Of a stretch of 64,000 nucleotides of DNA, positions 50,439 to 63,670 are shown one piece after another. Source of the DNA: Octopus vulgaris (lineage: Eukaryota); contig OX597838.1 in the NCBI GenBank assembly GCA_951406725.2, positions 16,616,001-16,680,000 on the forward strand, read 5' to 3'. A model generated the notes under the pieces. It saw only the letters and a list, made by a program, of their open reading frames with translations. It had not been told where the DNA came from and did not search any database. Numbering within the stretch: the stretch's first letter is position 1; every line of letters begins with the position of its first letter. A program made the translations under genes and the position numbers.

Positions 50439-50770
50439 CGATTTCACTCATTTCTCATATCATTAAAGTATTTGAGAGGGTGGTGAGATCATGAATAACT
50501 CACTTCCTTGAAGACAACAATCTGCTGAACCAGAACCAGCATGGTTTCCGTGATGACAGAGACTGCCTGTCACAGCTTCTGCACCATTTTGATGAAATGT
50601 TAAAAGCCTTGGATTTCAGCAAGGCATTTGACAGAGTGGACCACAAAAATCCTGCTGAAGAAACTGTCCAACATTGGAGTCCTCATAAAGTGTCTCCTGA
50701 CAAGCAGAACCCAACATGTGTTTGAGGGAATACGATTCAGCTCAGCCAAAGTCAGTAGTGGTGTCCCATA
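50439..50770 (+). pseudogene. CR1-group reverse transcriptase fragment
   Basis: ISLISHIIKVFERVV..FLEDNNLLNQNQHGFR..CLSQLL..LDFSKAFDRVDH..LLKKL..SGVP. Confidence 0.9.
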
Positions 50771-51267
50771 TATGACTAAAAGACTTCACCAGGTGGTGCT
50801 GTTAAGTTAGATATGGCCTGGGCCTGTACTGGCCGAAATCTCTCAAAGTTATCAAAGTTATACCCACTCATATATACAACAGGTTTCTTGCAGTTTTTAT
50901 CTATTAAATCAATTCACAAGACTTTGGTCAGCCTGGGACTGCACAGTAGGACTGAACCCAAGACTATATATATGTGTGTGTATGTGTGTGTGGAAATTGT
51001 AATGGTAATACCTGTGCCGGTGGCACGTAAAAAGCACCATCTGAACATGGCTGATGCCAGCACCACCTTGACTGGCTTCCGTGCCAGTGGCACATAAAAA
51101 GCACTCACTACACTCACGGAGTGGTTGGCGTCAGGAAGGGCATCCAGCTGTAGAAACACTGCCAGATCAAATTGGAGCCTGGTGCAGCCTCCTGGCTTCC
51201 CGGACCCTGGTCAAACTGTCCAACCCATGCTAGCATGGAAAGCGGACGTTAAATGATAATGATGATG

Positions 51268-51306
<39 letters not shown>

Positions 51307-53098
51307 CAGGTATATATGTGTGTGTGTGTAGTCTGATCAATAAGTATCCGGACTGTTGCCATAGTAATGAAGCTAAAGCATACAGAGTGAAGCTGCTTGG
51401 CACAGATTGACCTTAAACTCTGCTGCACATGCTCCCTAAGTTCTAATGTTTTAGCTCATTTCCACTGTTTACAGCAGTACTTGGAAGCAATGTGTTGTCA
51501 TAGTATCCTTCTAGGAGAGGGATGTAAAATCTGTTAGATGTGATTACTGGTCACATATGTGTATGTATGTATGTATGTATGTATGTATGTATGTATGTAT
51601 GTATGTATGTATGTATGTATTTATGTATGTATACATGCATATGTGCATGTGTGTATATATATATACATACACGCATATATATATATATATCATTATTGTC
51701 ATCAATCATCGTTTAACATCCACCTTCCATGCTGGCATGGGTGGGACGATTTGACTGGGGCCAGCCAAGCAGAAGCCTGCACAAGACTTCTGTGTCATTT
51801 TTGGCAGGGTTTTTACAGCTGGATGTCCTTCCTAACACCAATCACCCACCCAGCAGACTGACTGCTTTTTATGTGTGTGTGTATATATGTGCGTGTGTAG
51901 TTTATTTTTAATTCATCATCTGTTTATTGTTAAGAACTTGTATTGGCCATCATAGTCCAAAGTGAGAAAAAAAAAGACAACAGATTAACTTCGGTAAGCT
52001 CTATCAGTAGAAGTAATTTGCTTGGACAGTTTCTGTGATTTTGTACAGATGAGAGAAAAAGATTTAGTGATAAGAAAAGATAAAGAAGGAATGCATGAAC
52101 AAATGCAAGTATCAGTAGTCATAGCATAGCCATTTTGCTTGTAGGAGCTAGATTATTCATATTGCAGCCCGTTCATATTTGGTGGGTTTGGCTGTCCACA
52201 TCAGCTGATATTGAATAATACCTGAGGTGAATGCACAGCAGCCTATTGTTCTTTGTTCTCACTTGTCTATCAGATGCTTGTTTCTCTCTGTTAGTGACTG
52301 AGTAATTGTTGTTTCCTCTTGTTTGTTACACTATAAGTCTGCCTCTGTAAATGTGAATGTGGTCTCTTTTTATATGCTTACAGAACAAATCTGATTGGAC
52401 AGATCTGTGGTGATGTCATCACTTGAAAATCCAGATGTTTACATGGAATTTCATTGGTTAGGTATTTGCTGATGTCATTACTGTGACAAAATTCCTGTTG
52501 TTACTTACAAACAAGACTCGTATTTAAATCACAGTGTTGTCCTGCTGCACTATCTTAAAGCATAAATACACTGTCCAGTTGCCTAGGGACACCAAGGGTC
52601 TAGAGGCCATTGCTAACCTATATATGCTGTGGCTTACTATCAAAAAGACAGATGCAGGGGATCCAGTGAATTTCTTTTTGCAGGGGTCTATAATACTGTC
52701 AAGACGGCACTAGTGTTTGGTAACTTAAACAGAAAAGTGTCTCCGTAAATCATCAAAATTGGTAACCCTGTTTTTGATTGTTTCCTTTTTATTTTTAGGG
52801 GTGGTGGGATGGTGTTGATGGGTGAGGTATTTTGTTTGTTTTTTTTCTTTATGCCAGCACAAAATATAGAAGAATATCATTACATAAGAAGAAAATGTTT
52901 CTCAAGTTAGATTTCCATCTTAGCTTTCTCACGATATGGAACTCACTTCTAGTTGTCATGGTGACTCATATATTCTTACACAAGAGCGCAAGCTAATAAG
53001 TTCCAGATTTCTCTATTTTTTTTTTAACTCTTAATACATTATCTACAATGTTACCTTATCTGCAGAGATATTGTAACCATAGCTTATGCAAGAAACTT

Positions 53099-53303
53099 GA
53101 TGATGATGATGATGATGACGACGACAATGATGTTGATGATAATGATGACGATGATGATGATGATGATGATGAAAACGACGACAACAACAACGATGACGAC
53201 GATGATGATGAAAACGATGACAACAATGATGATGATGATGATGATGATGACAACGACGACGACAATGATGACGATGATGATGATGAAAACGACGACAACA
53301 ACA

Positions 53304-53350
<47 letters not shown>

Positions 53351-53412
53351 GATGATGAGGAGGAGGAGGAGGAGGAGAATGAATGATGATGATGATGATA
53401 ATGATGATGACG
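53099..53412. repeat. (GAT/GAC/AAC)n trinucleotide tract with higher-order repeats
   Basis: direct reading; GAAAACGA(C/T)GACAACAA recurs 3 times. Confidence 0.95.
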
Positions 53413-53896
53413 ATTGTCATTTTCGTCGACATCGTTGTAATCATTTAATGTCTCTTTTCCATGCTGACATGGGTTGGATGGGTCGATAGGCTCTGACAAA
53501 TCAGAGGCCCGCATCATGAATTGACGTCTACTTAGACACAGTTTATATTGCTTGATGCCATTACTAATGCCAACCACTTCAAAGGGCATTACTGGGTGCC
53601 TTTTTTTTTTTCCATGGCACCTGCACTAGTGAGATTACCTTGCAGCTTTTCAAGACTAAGAGCCTAAAGTGGTCCCTATAAACTGAGGGAGAATAAAAGA
53701 AAGAGGGTACAATAATTCCAGTTAGGGTGATGAGGGAAAGTAAAGTAAGGTGGAGATGGTAGTGGAGAGAGTTACAGAGTGGACCCTATTAGGAGAGGAA
53801 GTACCGGAGGAGGAAATGTGGAGAGCGTAAAAGAGTAGACATTATGATTATCACAGTGGAAAGGGTAGGGATTGTTACTGTAATATATTTACACTT

Positions 53897-54528
53897 GTAG
53901 GTGTGGCTGTGTGATAAGAAGCTTGCTTCCCAACCATTTGGTTTTGGGTTCAGTCCCTCTGTGTGGCACCTTGGGCAAGTGTCTTCTACTATAGCTTCGG
54001 GCCAACCAAAGCCTTGTGAGTGGATTTGGTAGATGGAAACTGAAAGGCAGCGAGCTGGCAGAAATGTTAGCATGCTTGGCGAAATGCTTAGCGGTATTTC
54101 GTCTGTCTTTACGTTCTGAGTTCAAATTCCACCGAGGTCGACTTTGCCTTTCATTCTTTCGGGGGTTGATAAATTAAGTACCAGTTATGCACTGGGATTG
54201 ATGTATGCGACTTAATCTCTTTGTCTGTCCTTGTTTGTCCTCCTCAACGTTTAACCTCTTATGGGCAATACAGAAATAGGAAACTGAAAGAAGCCCATCA
54301 TGTGTGTGTGTCTTTGTGTATGTGTTTGTTCTTCTTCACCACTTGATAGCCAGTGATGGTGTGTTTACATCCCTGTAACTTAGCAGTTTGGCAAATGAGA
54401 TCAATAACATAAGTATCAAGCTTAAAAAGAAATGTACTGAGGTTGATCAATTCAACTAAAAGTTCTTCAATGCTGTGCCCCAGCATGGCCACAGTCTAAT
54501 AACTGAAACAATTAAAAGATAAAAGATA
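53897..54528 (+). mobile_element. SINE A with a SINE B inserted (54047-54278)
   Basis: TSD GGAAACTGAAAG at 54035 and 54279. Confidence 0.88.
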
Positions 54529-54542
54529 ATTTAATAGCATAC

Positions 54543-54940
54543 AGGCACAGGAGTGACTGTGTGGTAAGTAGCTTGTTTACCAACCACATGGTTCTGGGTT
54601 CAGTCCCGCTGCGTGGCACCTTGGACAAGTTTCTTCTACAATAGCCTCAGGCCGACCAAAACCTTGTGAGTGGTGTTGGTAGATGGAAACTGAAAGAAGC
54701 CCATTGTATATATATGTGTGTGTGTGTCTGTCTGTCTCCCCACCATCACTTGACAACCGTTGTTGGTGTGTTCACATCCCCGTAACTTAGCGGTTCGGCA
54801 AAAAAAGAGACCGATAGAATAAGTACTAGGCTTACAAAGAATAAGTCCTGGGGGGGGGGGGGGTCGATTTGTTCGACTAAAGGTGGTGCTCCAGCATGGC
54901 CGCAGTCAAATGGACTGAAACAAGTAAAAGAAAGAAAAGA
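54543..54940 (+). mobile_element. SINE family A
   Basis: full length; G-run expansion at 54850. Confidence 0.9.
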
Positions 54941-55103
54941 AAAAAGAAAAAAAAGAATACGCCATACTTTGTTGGAACCGTCTTTTGCTGGAACTAAATA
55001 TTACAGAAATACAAATGTATAGCTCAACTGCCAGTGCCTGAGTTCATACAAAACTTATAGTGACAATGCTTCTGTTTCCACAGGATTTTTTTTTACTATG
55101 TAT

Positions 55104-55291
55104 AGGCGCAGGAGTGGCTGTGTGGTAAGTAGCTTGTCTACCAACCACATGGTTCCGGGTTCAGTCCCAATGCGTGGCACCCTGGGCAAGTGTCGTTCTA
55201 CTATAGCCTCGGGCCGACCAAAGCCTTGTGAGTGGATTTCGTAGACGGAAACTGAAAAGAAGCCCGTCATATATATGTATATATATATATT

Positions 55292-55341
<50 letters not shown>

Positions 55342-55759
55342 TGTGTCTGTGTTTGTCCGCCTAGCATAGCTTGACAACCGATGCTGGTATGTTTATGTCC
55401 CTGTTACTTAGCGGTTCAGCAAAAGAGACCAATAGAATAAGTATATATGTATATATATATATATATATATAGAATAAGTATATATGTATATATATATATA
55501 TATATATAGAATAAGTATATATATATATGTGTGTGTGTGTTTTGTGTGTCTGTGTTTGTCCGCCTAGCATAGCTTGACAACCGATGCTGGTGAGTTTATG
55601 TCCCCGTTACTTAGCGGTTTGGCAAAAAAAGAGACCGATAGAATAAGTACTGGGCTTACAAAAGAATAAATTCCGGGGTCGAGTTGCTCGATCGACTAAA
55701 GGCGGTGCTCCAGCATGGCCGCAGTCAAATGCCTGAAACAAGTAAAAGAGTAAAAGAGT
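55104..55759 (+). mobile_element. SINE family A with an internal tandem duplication
   Basis: (TA)n(TG)n..TGTCCGCCTAGCATAGCTTGACAACCGATG..ATAGAATAAGTA present twice. Confidence 0.9.
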
Positions 55760-56028
55760 TAATATGATGTTTATTGTAATTCCTATGACTTTGCAGCAAC
55801 AGCTGTCATTGCATGAGTGTGGAAAGTTGAATTAAATGTAATGTATATGCAAAAAGTTTGGAATGTTTGCATTCTACAAGACAAATATATATATATAGTG
55901 AGCTATTTGTTTACATATTGATGTCTGTATAGTTTTATGCACCCATACATATGTGTGTGTGTATGTATAAGTATATATATATATTTATGTATATTTATTT
56001 CATTTTTGATTCTTTCTATGTCGATTTA

Positions 56029-56536
56029 TCTATATATATAAAACTCTAGTTGTGTGAGTGTCTGTCCCCTTCGATTTAGATTCCTAACTCCTCCCACATT
56101 TTGCGGTGCAGTTTAACCAAATTTGGGTATCTTATAGTCGTGATTAATATCGAGCCCGTCTGACTATTAGCGCGCGTCAACGATGAGTCTACGATTTTAA
56201 AAATAATTTAACATCATTTTTTATTCCATTTTAATGCATAAAATGCATCTTGTGTCGATGGCGGCGGAGTTGGCGTCCACGCTCAAACACCTGCACCTGT
56301 TTGCTTCTCCCCCTTCCCTCCCTCGTGAAGCTGTGGGGAAGGGAGTGTAAAGAAATCAACGTCGTAATGCGTTGTGAAGGAAACCAGCGTTCTTTTAGAA
56401 CAACGACTTCATGGCTTGAAGACACCAAAACAAAAATGGCTAAGAAAGCCCGAATTTATAAGGGAAGTAACTCTCTAAAAATGCTTATATAGTTATTTCC
56501 CTTACAAACCCGAGCAACGCCGGGCGATACTGCTAG
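56029..56536 (+). mobile_element. non-autonomous Helitron, same family as 41404-41789
   Basis: A|TCTATATATATAAAA ... CCCGAGCAACGCCGGGCGATACTGCTAG|T. Confidence 0.9.
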
Positions 56537-57303
56537 TTACTTATAAGAGAACTGTTCTTCATTCTAACTCATGTTTTTTTTTCCCTGTATGTGAGTAACC
56601 AAAGGCTAATACCAGAATGTATTCTAATCAAAATAAGCGAAATAGAAATTAAGTAATCCATGCTGGCATGGGTTGGACAGTTTGACCAGACCTGGCAAGT
56701 TGGAGAGCTGCACCAGGCTCTAGTCTGATTTGGTAGGGATTTTGTGACTGGATGCCCTTCCTAACACCAACCACTTTACAGAGTCTGCTTTTACATGGCA
56801 CCATATAGGTGGTTTTATGTGGCATTGCACAGGTGCTTTTAAGTGACATTGCACAGGTGCTTTTATGTGACGCTGCATGGGCATTTTTAAGTGACACTGC
56901 AAGGGCATTTTCACCCTCATTTTAAATTACATATATATATATATATATATATATATGGTATGCATGGGAGACTACTGGTATTCCATAAACAACCTTGCCC
57001 AGACTTATGCCTTGGAAGGAAACTTTGTGACCGAAAGGTTTTTTTTTACCTTGTTAAGAGATCATGTGTTGATTGTCAGTGAGCATCACCATTCTTGTGG
57101 AGTTGTTGGTTTCCAGTCTTTCCTGGAAAACATATCTTGCCATAGGAAATATTTTGCTTGGAAACTTGGAATCAGGTGACAGAAAAGGCATCCAGCAATA
57201 GAAAAATCTGTCCCAACATATACCATCTCACCTAATGAAATCATGGAAAAGTTGATATTAATTGATAATGATGATGATTATATATAATGTATTATTATAT
57301 TAT

Positions 57304-57495
57304 AGGGGTAGGCATGACTGTGTAGTAAAAAGCTTGCTTCCCAACCACTTGGTTCCAAGTTCAGTCCTGCTGTATGGCATCTTGGGCAAGTGTCTTCTGC
57401 TACAGCTTTGGGCCAGCTAAAGCCTTGTGAGTAGCTTTGGTAGTCGAAAACTGAAAGAAGCTCATCACATATATATGTATATATATATGTGCAAG

Positions 57496-57530
<35 letters not shown>

Positions 57531-57765
57531 GTGTGTGTACCTTTCAGTCTGTGTTTGTGCCCCCATCACTACTTGACAACTGGTGTTGGTGTATTTATGT
57601 CCCCATAACTTAGTGGTTCACCCAAAGAGACTAATATGTACTAAGTTTAAAAAGTAAAAAAATAAATCCTGGAGTCAATTTGTTTGACTAAAAACCCTTC
57701 AAGGCAGTGCCCCAGCAAGGCCACAGTCTAATGACTGAAATAAGTATAAGATAAAACATAAAGAT
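57304..57765 (+). mobile_element. SINE family A, older CpG-decayed copy
   Basis: consensus match with TG/CA substitutions. Confidence 0.85.
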
Positions 57766-57824
57766 ATACACATGACTTATCTCTGTATTTATTTGTCTTT
57801 TATATCATCTTAACTATTTTCAAT

Positions 57825-58015
57825 TCATTCAGACTCCTGCTCTTTGGGGAAAGGCATGACCATCACAGCCCTTATTTCCCCACTTTCTCTTGCATCCTTG
57901 ATGTGAATGAAATTGTAATGAACTGGTTCATTAATCTCTGAATTCTCTCTAGAATGGTGAAAGTAAAATTTAGAATAAAGCTGCACTATTATTGCTTCTG
58001 TGATGATCTCCAAGC
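57825..58015 (-). CDS. candidate terminal coding exon, unknown product
   Basis: branch-point-like CTAAC, acceptor GTTTTCGCTGTAG|, 62 open codons to TGA, AATAAA at 57793-57788. Confidence 0.3.
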
Positions 58016-59025
58016 CTACAGCGAAAACTTTATATTTTAAGTTAGCAAAAATTTAGTTTTTGTCAGTGCTTACAGCAGTAAGCCATTACATTCTCTAGTA
58101 TCTATTTACAGCTGTGTTTCGCAAACTTCTTCAGACTACCATTTCTTTAAGAACATATATTTTACAGCCTCCTGTCCCAACTCCTATACAGTTTGTTAAA
58201 AATGCTGTACTGAAAATTGAATTTTAACATTTATTTTTTTATTCATGCACGTTATTGTATAACCGAAAAAATGTAATTTTACAAAATTACCTAAAATTAC
58301 TTGATTTTATTTATGTTGAGTGTGGGCTTCGTTTTTGTGTGATTAATACCCATATCTGGCTCAATATTAGCAAGCAGCATCCTTGTATCACATCACCCCA
58401 TTCAACTATTTATAATTAGTTTTTTGTTTACATCAGAAGGTCTACAATGGCCCTGATTCAACATTCAACTAAATATTTTTTCCACTATAGGTACCAAGGC
58501 CTGACATTTGGGTTGGTGGGGTGAGGGGTGGGGGTTGTTGATTACATCAACTCCAGTGCTCGCCTGGTACTTATTTTATTGTCCCTGAAAGAATTTGGTG
58601 AAATTTGGTCTCAGAATGAAAAGCCTGAGAAAATGCTGTTATGAATTTTGTCCTACATGTTAAAGATACTGCCAGCTTGCCGCCTTACAATTCTTCAACT
58701 AAACATGATGATGGAAACATAATTAGGAACTTTTTAATGACAGACCTTATTTCAGGATAAATTATTTGTTTTTTGGTACTACAACCAGAAATAGTGAGTC
58801 TGGTTCTTAAAAATGTGCTTCAATTCTTTATTTTTTATTTTATTTTAAATTCAATAAATTCTAGAAAATGCACACTTGTTTTCTCAAAAGATTGAAAATG
58901 GATCTCAATCTCATTGTAGAGTCTTCATGGTGAAAATATCTTCAAATGTTATGGAAAGCCTTTATGTAAGACTTACAGATAATGACAATATTTCTAAACA
59001 TCATCATCATGTATTTCTGTCTTAC

Positions 59026-59069
59026 CTTTAAGTGTATAAAGTAATAACTCTTTACATCCTAATCTGATT
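59026..59069 (-). CDS. candidate 44-nt exon upstream of 57825-58015
   Basis: acceptor TTTTTTTTTCAG|, donor AAG|GTAAGA; open frame IRLGCKELLLYTLK ends phase 1, matching the next exon. Confidence 0.33.
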
Positions 59070-59259
59070 CTGAAAAAAAAACTAGGTTTTGAAATGAATG
59101 CACCTATAACTGCTTCCATTTTAATCAAATTCATCTCATCTCATTGCAGATATAAAATCATTTTATTAAAGTTAAAATATAAACCTTACATATAAGCTAT
59201 GTCATTTTTAAAATTTCTTAATCTTTTTGTTACCATATTTCTGTCAAAATATATCATTC

Positions 59260-59480
59260 CACAGGTTTCCTTACCCAGCTTGAGCCAGTGGGGCTAGACT
59301 GAAGGGTTGGTAAAAGGCCTGATGGTATAACAATTTTCACTGTTCAGTGATGGTAGGCTCTTCATCTGGGATGCCACATGCTGTGACACCTTCTCCAGTT
59401 TAAAAAAATTGTCTGGTTTAAAAAACCACATCAGATGCCATGATGATGATAAAGTGTAGATACAGGAGGTGGTCAAACTC
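59260..59480 (+). mobile_element. CRE-clade non-LTR retrotransposon REL-endonuclease fragment
   Basis: LEPVGLD*RVGKRPDGITIF / SDGRLFIWDATCCDTFS fits LEP.GL.R.DGKRPDG...G..L.WD.T..DT. Confidence 0.75.
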
Positions 59481-59504
59481 TGCATAAGCAGTAGACAACC
59501 ACTA

Positions 59505-59710
59505 TGCATGCATGCATGTATGTATGTATGTATGTATGTATGCATGCATGTATGTATGTATGTATGTATGTATGTATGTATGTATGTATGTATGTATGTA
59601 TGTATGTATGTGTGTGTGTATGTATGTATGTATGTATGTAAGTATGTATGTATGTGTGTATGTATGTGTGTATGTATGCATGTATGTATGTGTGTATGTA
59701 TGTATGTATG

Positions 59711-59744
<34 letters not shown>

Positions 59745-59790
59745 TGTATGTATGTATGTATGTATGTATGTATGTATGTATGTATGTATG

Positions 59791-59824
<34 letters not shown>

Positions 59825-59870
59825 TGTATGTATGTGTGTATGTATGTATGTATGTGTGTGTGTGTATGTA

Positions 59871-59903
<33 letters not shown>

Positions 59904-59943
59904 ATGTATGTATGTATGTATGTATGTATGTATGTATGTATGT
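59505..59943. repeat. (TATG)n microsatellite
   Basis: direct reading. Confidence 0.98.
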
Positions 59944-60849
59944 CTATAGAAGTTTGTGTAATGAAGCCATTTGAGGTAAATATGAACTAATTAGCTTAAG
60001 ATTTATCATAATCTAAATTCACTAGTATAGTTTTGTGTTTTTGTTTCAATTAGTTTTGAAAATAATGAAGAATTTAATTAAATAATTTTGCCATTGTAAA
60101 GTTTAGTGTTTTGGAACATAAATCAACATGAAATTTTGATGGACACTTTTAATTGAAATTTCTTTAAAACAGCAAGTTTGTATCATAGAACCAGAGGTGA
60201 TCTCAGGTGGGTTGATATCAAAAGCTATCTTGTATGAAAGCATCTTTATTTTCCAAGAATTCCAAAACTATCTTAAAACAGCTAGAAAAGCAACTTAGAC
60301 AAGCAGCCCTTTGACACCCAGAAAGCTTCAGTGTGAAATAGTAACTGAATAAATTCTTCATTGTTTTGTTTGCACAGCTGTCCAAATAATATGCCATTGA
60401 GTTAATTATTTCTGATTTTGTTAATTACTGTAATGGCGTACTGCAATGAGCAATCATTAAGTGATTTTTTTTCTTTCTGCAACTAAAAGTTGTCAATGAA
60501 TTTCGCAATGCTCTGCTAATGTGTTCAACACATTGTAATGGTGGTTTTAGCCAAAGAAATCGACACCAGGACTTATTCTTTGTAAGCCTAGTGCTTATTC
60601 TATCGGTCTCTTTGCTGAACTGCTAAGTCACGGAGATATAAACACACCGACATCAGTTGTGGCAGTGGTGGTGGGGTAACAAATACAGACACAAAGAACC
60701 CACTACACTCTTGGAGTGGTTGGCATTAGGAAGGGCATCCAGCTGTAGAGCCATTGCCAGACCAGATTGGAGCCTGGTGCAGCCTCCTGTCCAACCCATG
60801 CCAGCATGGAAAAATGGATGTTAAATGACGATGATTATGACATATATAT

Positions 60850-61055
60850 AGCGCGCCACGTGAAATTCTTAGCGGTATTTCATCTGACGTTATGTTCTGA
60901 GTTCAAATTCCACCGAGGTAGACTTTGCCTTTCATCCTTTCGGGGTCGATAAATAAAGTACCAGTTTCGCACTGGGGTCGATGTAATCGACTTAATCCCT
61001 TTGTCTGTCCTTGTTTGTCCCCTCTATGTTTAGCCCCTTGTGGATAGTAAAGAAA
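60850..61055 (+). mobile_element. SINE family B, 5'-clipped
   Basis: B box, Meta domain and 3' tail. Confidence 0.88.
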
Positions 61056-61090
61056 TATATATATATACACAATATGTTCCTTTAGTAAAG

Positions 61091-61125
<35 letters not shown>

Positions 61126-61262
61126 ATATGTTTCTTTCAGTTTCCATCTACCAAATCCACCCACAAGGCTTTGGTCAACCTGAGGCTATAGTAGAAGACA
61201 CAGTGGGACTGAACCCAGAACTGTGTGGTTAGGAAGCAAGCTTCTTACCACGCAGCCATGCC

Positions 61263-61900
61263 TGTTAGCAAATTCCTGGCAGACAGTAACTTTTGAGCTA
61301 TTTTCTCTTCATTTTTCATCTAAACATAAATTATTAGAAAGGCTTCATTCCTTAGCAGAGTTAATTCATCCAACTGTGATGAGGATTGGACATTCCACAA
61401 AAAATTCCATGTGTCTTTCACATCTTTGCCTGTTTTGTCAATTGATTGTTGTAGTGTATTATAGCACAAAGGAATTTTATTGATTGACATTCACTGTCTT
61501 ATGCAACATGGTACACAGAACTTCACAAACAGCTGATAGGATCAATTATTCACCAATATTATGTGGCTTTCTAGATTTGTGAATCAGTAATGAAATTACG
61601 AAAGAGGCCTGCAACATGTCATTTTCTTGTATTGATGCAGATGAGAACGTATTTGATAACATTGGTTGTTTGCAAAAGCAGTCTTGAAGTGCCTTAAAAT
61701 AACATAAATCTTTATCTATTTGCCTCATAAACAGGAATATTTTTCAAATGCTCCTCTAATCTTGAAGGTTTCATAGATTCATTGGGAAAACACTTTCTCA
61801 GAATAAATAAGCCATACTGGTCAGTAATAGTATGTTTGTAAGTGACAGGATAAAACCAAATCTCAAACATCCAATACAACTCCATAACCATTTCTTCTTT
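61263..61900 (-). pseudogene. hAT (Buster-like) transposase N-terminal half relic
   Basis: NESMKPSRLEEHL, LQASFVISLLIHKSRKPHNIGE, PLCYNTLQQSID, QLDELTLLRNEAFLIIYV; stops and frameshifts. Confidence 0.85.
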
Positions 61901-62004
61901 GGATCTGCTATGGTTGTTTCTATTAAAAGATTATTATATAAATGCATTTGGCTTCTTTCGGGTTTTGTCTACCGAATCTACTCACAAGTCTTTGATCAAT
62001 CTAG

Positions 62005-62091
62005 GGTCATGGCAAATGTCTTCAGCTATTGACCTGGGCCAACCAAAGACTTGTTGGTGGATTTGGTAAAGCAAACTGAAAGAAGCTCATC

Positions 62092-62129
<38 letters not shown>

Positions 62130-62450
62130 ATGTGTGCAAGTGTGCATGCACACACACACACTATTGCAGACACATGCATATATATATATATATATGTGTG
62201 TATGTATGTATGTATGTGTGTGTATATGTTTGTGTGTCTATGTTTGTGTACCCCCCAACATTGCTTGACAACCGATGCTGGTGTGTTTACGTCCCCGTAA
62301 CTTACCGGTTCGACAAAAGAGACCGATAGAATAAGTACTAGGCTTACAAAGAATAAGTCCTGGGGTCGACTTGCTCGACTAAAAGGCGGTGCTCCAGTAT
62401 GGCTAAAGTCCAATGACTGAAACAAGTAAAGAGAGTAAATGAGTAAAAGA
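62005..62450 (+). mobile_element. SINE family A, 5'-truncated
   Basis: consensus match. Confidence 0.85.
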
Positions 62451-63309
62451 ATAATATTTGTGATTTTAGGCATTGAAGAGGCTTTCCTCAGACTTGCATC
62501 AAAGGCATGCTATCACATTGTGCATCGATCAGACCTTGTTGTTAGGAAAGTACTGGGAGGTGTGTGCATGTGTTTGAGCATGCATATGTATGTATGTATC
62601 TGCATGTGTGCATGTGCATGAGTGTGTGTGTGTGTATGCATCAGTGTGTGTGTGTGAGTGAATGTGTGTAAATATAGATGTGCGTGTGTCTATGTGCATG
62701 CATGTGTATGTATATGTTTGTGTGTGTGTGTACGCTTGTATCTTCTTGTCTTGACATCACATCATAGTTGTGAGTTCTTCCCTTATGCAAGTGGTGTCAT
62801 TCATTTCCAGTCTTCTGTGAAAACATGTCAGGCCAAGGGGAAATATTAACCTTACCTGGAAAAATAGGTGAGAGATGGCAACAGGAAGGGCATCCAGTCA
62901 TAGAAAACCCAGCCTCAATAAATTCCATCTGACCCATGCAAACATGGAAAAATAAATGTTAAAATGATGATGATACTGACGATGTCAACGTTGATGACAA
63001 TAATGATGATTATGATAATGTTTATTATTATTATTTTTATTATTACTTGCTGGACCTGTGAAAACTTCACAGAAAATTTTTAAAATGTAAGCATCTGTAA
63101 ACTGTGTGCTGGTGCCATGAGAAATATTTCTATATTGTGACAATTACAGAATATAGAAAAAAGTGTAAAACCAATCACTATATAATCCAACGAAAATATC
63201 TCAGTTACGCAAGCATAAACAGAATTAGTATTTAGCCTTAAAATACATTGTACATGTTCAAAGAACTTTCTTGGTTTAGTGGTATGGAACATTCTTCTGG
63301 TATTCTTTT

Positions 63310-63525
63310 ATTCTCTTACTTGTTTCAGTCATTTGATGGTTGCCATACTAGAACACAAGCCTTTAGTCAAAGTAATCACCCCCCTGGACTTATTCCCTGT
63401 AAGCCTGGTGCTTATTCTATCAGTCTCTTCTGCCAAACAGCTAAGTTACGTGGACACAAACACACCAACATAGGTTGTCAAGTGATGGTGGTGGTGGTGG
63501 TGGAGGGACGAACACGGACACAAAA

Positions 63526-63598
<73 letters not shown>

Positions 63599-63670
63599 GC
63601 TTCTTTCAGTTTCTGTCAACGGAATCCATTTACAAGTCTTTGGTCGGCCCGAGGCTATAGTAGAAGACAC
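63310..63670 (-). mobile_element. SINE family A, partial
   Basis: reverse-complement match. Confidence 0.82.

Noticed and set aside
53048-53589. Asp-, His-, Ser- and Met-rich ORFs suggesting an acidic or biomineral protein
   Set aside because: Several frames are open only because of a (GAT/GAC/AAC)n tract beside a family C element; no convincing exon context
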